The notes under the pieces were generated by a model that saw only the letters and a list, made by a program, of their open reading frames with translations, had not been told where the DNA came from and made no database searches. A stretch of DNA of 64,000 nucleotides from Candidatus Heimdallarchaeota archaeon. GTDB taxonomy: Archaea > Asgardarchaeota > Heimdallarchaeia > Hodarchaeales > Hodarchaeaceae. Shown in pieces: positions 62,347 to 64,000 of this stretch; the stretch's first letter is position 1; each line of letters begins with the position of its first letter. The stretch spans positions 288,001-352,000 of the forward strand of contig RDOB01000002.1 in the NCBI GenBank assembly GCA_011364965.1, given 5' to 3'. The position numbers were made by a program, and so were the translations under genes.

Positions 62347-62943
62347 TTACTCTTCTTCTTCTTCTAGAGTATCAAGTTTTAGGTGTTGAAGATTCTGAGT
62401 TAATGATCCAATCTCCTTATCAAATTGTTGGAAACGTCCTTGATATAAGTTGTTTAATGCAAGATCAAGATGAGATGTTTTACTTTCTGGTTCATATCCA
62501 ACTATTGTCAATAATTTAAAATTTTGTTGTTGCGTGTCTTTTAAAAATTTTGGTAAAGAATTTAAATCTTTGTTAACTGCTTCAAGAACCTTTAAAGCAC
62601 TCTTTTCACCTGTTGTGAGATTTTGTGTGAATGATTCGACTTGAGGTAGTAGAACTGTCCTCAATTGATATCTTACTTCATCCTTTGAGATATTCTTATC
62701 AGATGCAAGATTTTCAGCCCATTCCAATATTGTTTCAAAGTTGCGAATGCTGTTCTTTTCAAGTTTGATCCAATTAAGTAATGTCTCCAGAGCGTCCTCG
62801 ACAGTTACGAGTTGTTTATATAGCTCATCTCTATTTTCAAGTGCATAATCCCGTAGATCCTCTAAAATTTTAAATAATTCGATTGAGCTATGTTGATATT
62901 CTGTTTTATTGGGTTTTTCCTCGGTATCTGGTGTCATTTCCAT
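62347..62943 (-). CDS. Hypothetical all-helical protein
   Basis: 198-aa open frame, helical L/E/K composition; GGGAG RBS. Confidence 0.6.
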   Translation of the reverse strand: MEMTPDTEEKPNKTEYQHSSIELFKILEDLRDYALENRDELYKQLVTVEDALETLLNWIKLEKNSIRNFETILEWAENLASDKNISKDEVRYQLRTVLLPQVESFTQNLTTGEKSALKVLEAVNKDLNSLPKFLKDTQQQNFKLLTIVGYEPESKTSHLDLALNNLYQGRFQQFDKEIGSLTQNLQHLKLDTLEEEEE

Positions 62944-63102
62944 TAATACTCCCGATTAATTTGATTTTTAAGGACATTGGAGTCCAGTCAGAATGTTAGT
63001 AAGCTTCTATACCATTGGCAGTTTTAAACCTAATTATACTAGAATTATTCAGAAAATTTCGTGAAATCCATTTTATTTTAGTAGTGTGCGATTTTTGTCA
63101 AA

Positions 63103-64000
63103 TCACTTTTTAAAGAAATGAGTAGCTAGCAATGGGACTTGTCCAATTGCTATTCCACCATCACCAGGTGGGACGTGTTTGTGATAGATTAGATAATCCT
63201 TGGCGGAGTGTCTTGATACGAGTCGATGGTAGAACTCCGTAAATATAGTTCTATTAAATGTTACTCCACCTGATAATCCAATCTTATTTATTTTATGCTC
63301 ATTAGCTAATTCAAAGGCAAGGTCAGCAAACTTATGTGCTATAGCCACCTCTGCGGCTAGTGCTACTTTGTATGGATGAATATTTTCCGATAAAAGGGAT
63401 AATAATTCCTCAATAAAAACTGATGTATGTATAACGTTCAGCCCAGATTTATTCTCTGAAGAAGAAAGTTTTAGTCGAAATAAATCCCTATATTTAACAG
63501 CTTGCTCAGCAAATGACTCTAGCTTGATCGCTGGTTCTCCTTCATAGGTTCTTACTTGACTTGCACCAACTAAAATAGAAATTGTATCTAATAATCTACC
63601 GCAACTTGATGTGATATTGAATCCAATCTTCGATTTTTTATAAATTATTTTTTCTAATTGCTGGCAGATAAGTGAGTAATTTGGGGTTTTTGGTATCCAA
63701 GATAAGGAAGGGATTTTCTCTAAATTGATAGTTAATTCGTCTATCGAACGTTGTGACAAGAGTATTGAAATTAACATTCGATAGGGTTCTGATACCGCTT
63801 TATCTCCTCCTAAAAGAATCTGTTGCTCCAAATGTGCTAATCTGTCAAAGTTAGAATAATTACCTAGAAGAATTTCTCCTCCCCAAATTGTATTATCAGG
63901 GCCATATCCAGTGCCATCTAAAGCTACACAGATTACTTTCTCATCAAATTTGACTTCATTTTCGATAGCTAAGGAGCCCAGATGTGAAAAATGGTGCTGG
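63103..64000 (-). CDS. hypF: Hydrogenase maturation carbamoyltransferase HypF (C-terminal part; 5' end outside the window)
   Basis: Frame open to the window edge with QHHFSH, LDGTGYG.D.TIWGGE, SSCGRLLD, YEGEPA, LSGGV, PPGDGGIAIGQ. Confidence 0.92.
   Translation of the reverse strand, partial: QHHFSHLGSLAIENEVKFDEKVICVALDGTGYGPDNTIWGGEILLGNYSNFDRLAHLEQQILLGGDKAVSEPYRMLISILLSQRSIDELTINLEKIPSLSWIPKTPNYSLICQQLEKIIYKKSKIGFNITSSCGRLLDTISILVGASQVRTYEGEPAIKLESFAEQAVKYRDLFRLKLSSSENKSGLNVIHTSVFIEELLSLLSENIHPYKVALAAEVAIAHKFADLAFELANEHKINKIGLSGGVTFNRTIFTEFYHRLVSRHSAKDYLIYHKHVPPGDGGIAIGQVPLLATHFFKK

Noticed and set aside
567-62519. Many short ORFs (60-128 aa) antisense to or nested in long CDSs, e.g. 3896..4171, 7347..7652, 31787..32170, 42370..42756, 56298..56636
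   Set aside because: They overlap well-supported genes and show no recognisable motifs; treated as shadow ORFs

Overview
AT-rich archaeal chromosomal window, most likely from an Asgard archaeon (Heimdallarchaeia/Hodarchaeales-like). This taxonomic call is an inference from archaeal markers (Taw1, isopentenyl-phosphate kinase, archease-RtcB, DRG GTPase, archaeal-type AspRS, AbrB-PhoU) together with two-component genes, a long WD40 protein and bacterial-type genes such as an NAD-dependent ligase and a GH3. About 55 CDSs are densely packed. I saw no rRNA, tRNA, CRISPR array or transposase. A frameshifted remnant of a trimethylamine-methyltransferase (MttB) family gene, missed by the ORF track, lies at 30319-30752. 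Most promising leads: (1) a SERCA-like Ca2+ P-type ATPase followed by an M48 membrane protease carrying an inserted EF-hand-like loop, converging on a helical protein / 646-aa coiled-coil-wHTH / MoxR / VWA operon; (2) two related surface proteins flanking a membrane-anchored wHTH(-Yip1-like) regulator, with a perfect palindromic operator candidate; (3) PCNA-binding (PIP)-like motifs on an orphan DNA methyltransferase and on the NAD-dependent ligase; (4) a DRG-type GTPase with degenerate G1, G3 and G4 motifs; (5) a receiver domain fused to a possible longin/uDENN-like domain. All fold calls are from motif recognition by eye and need HMM or structure checks.
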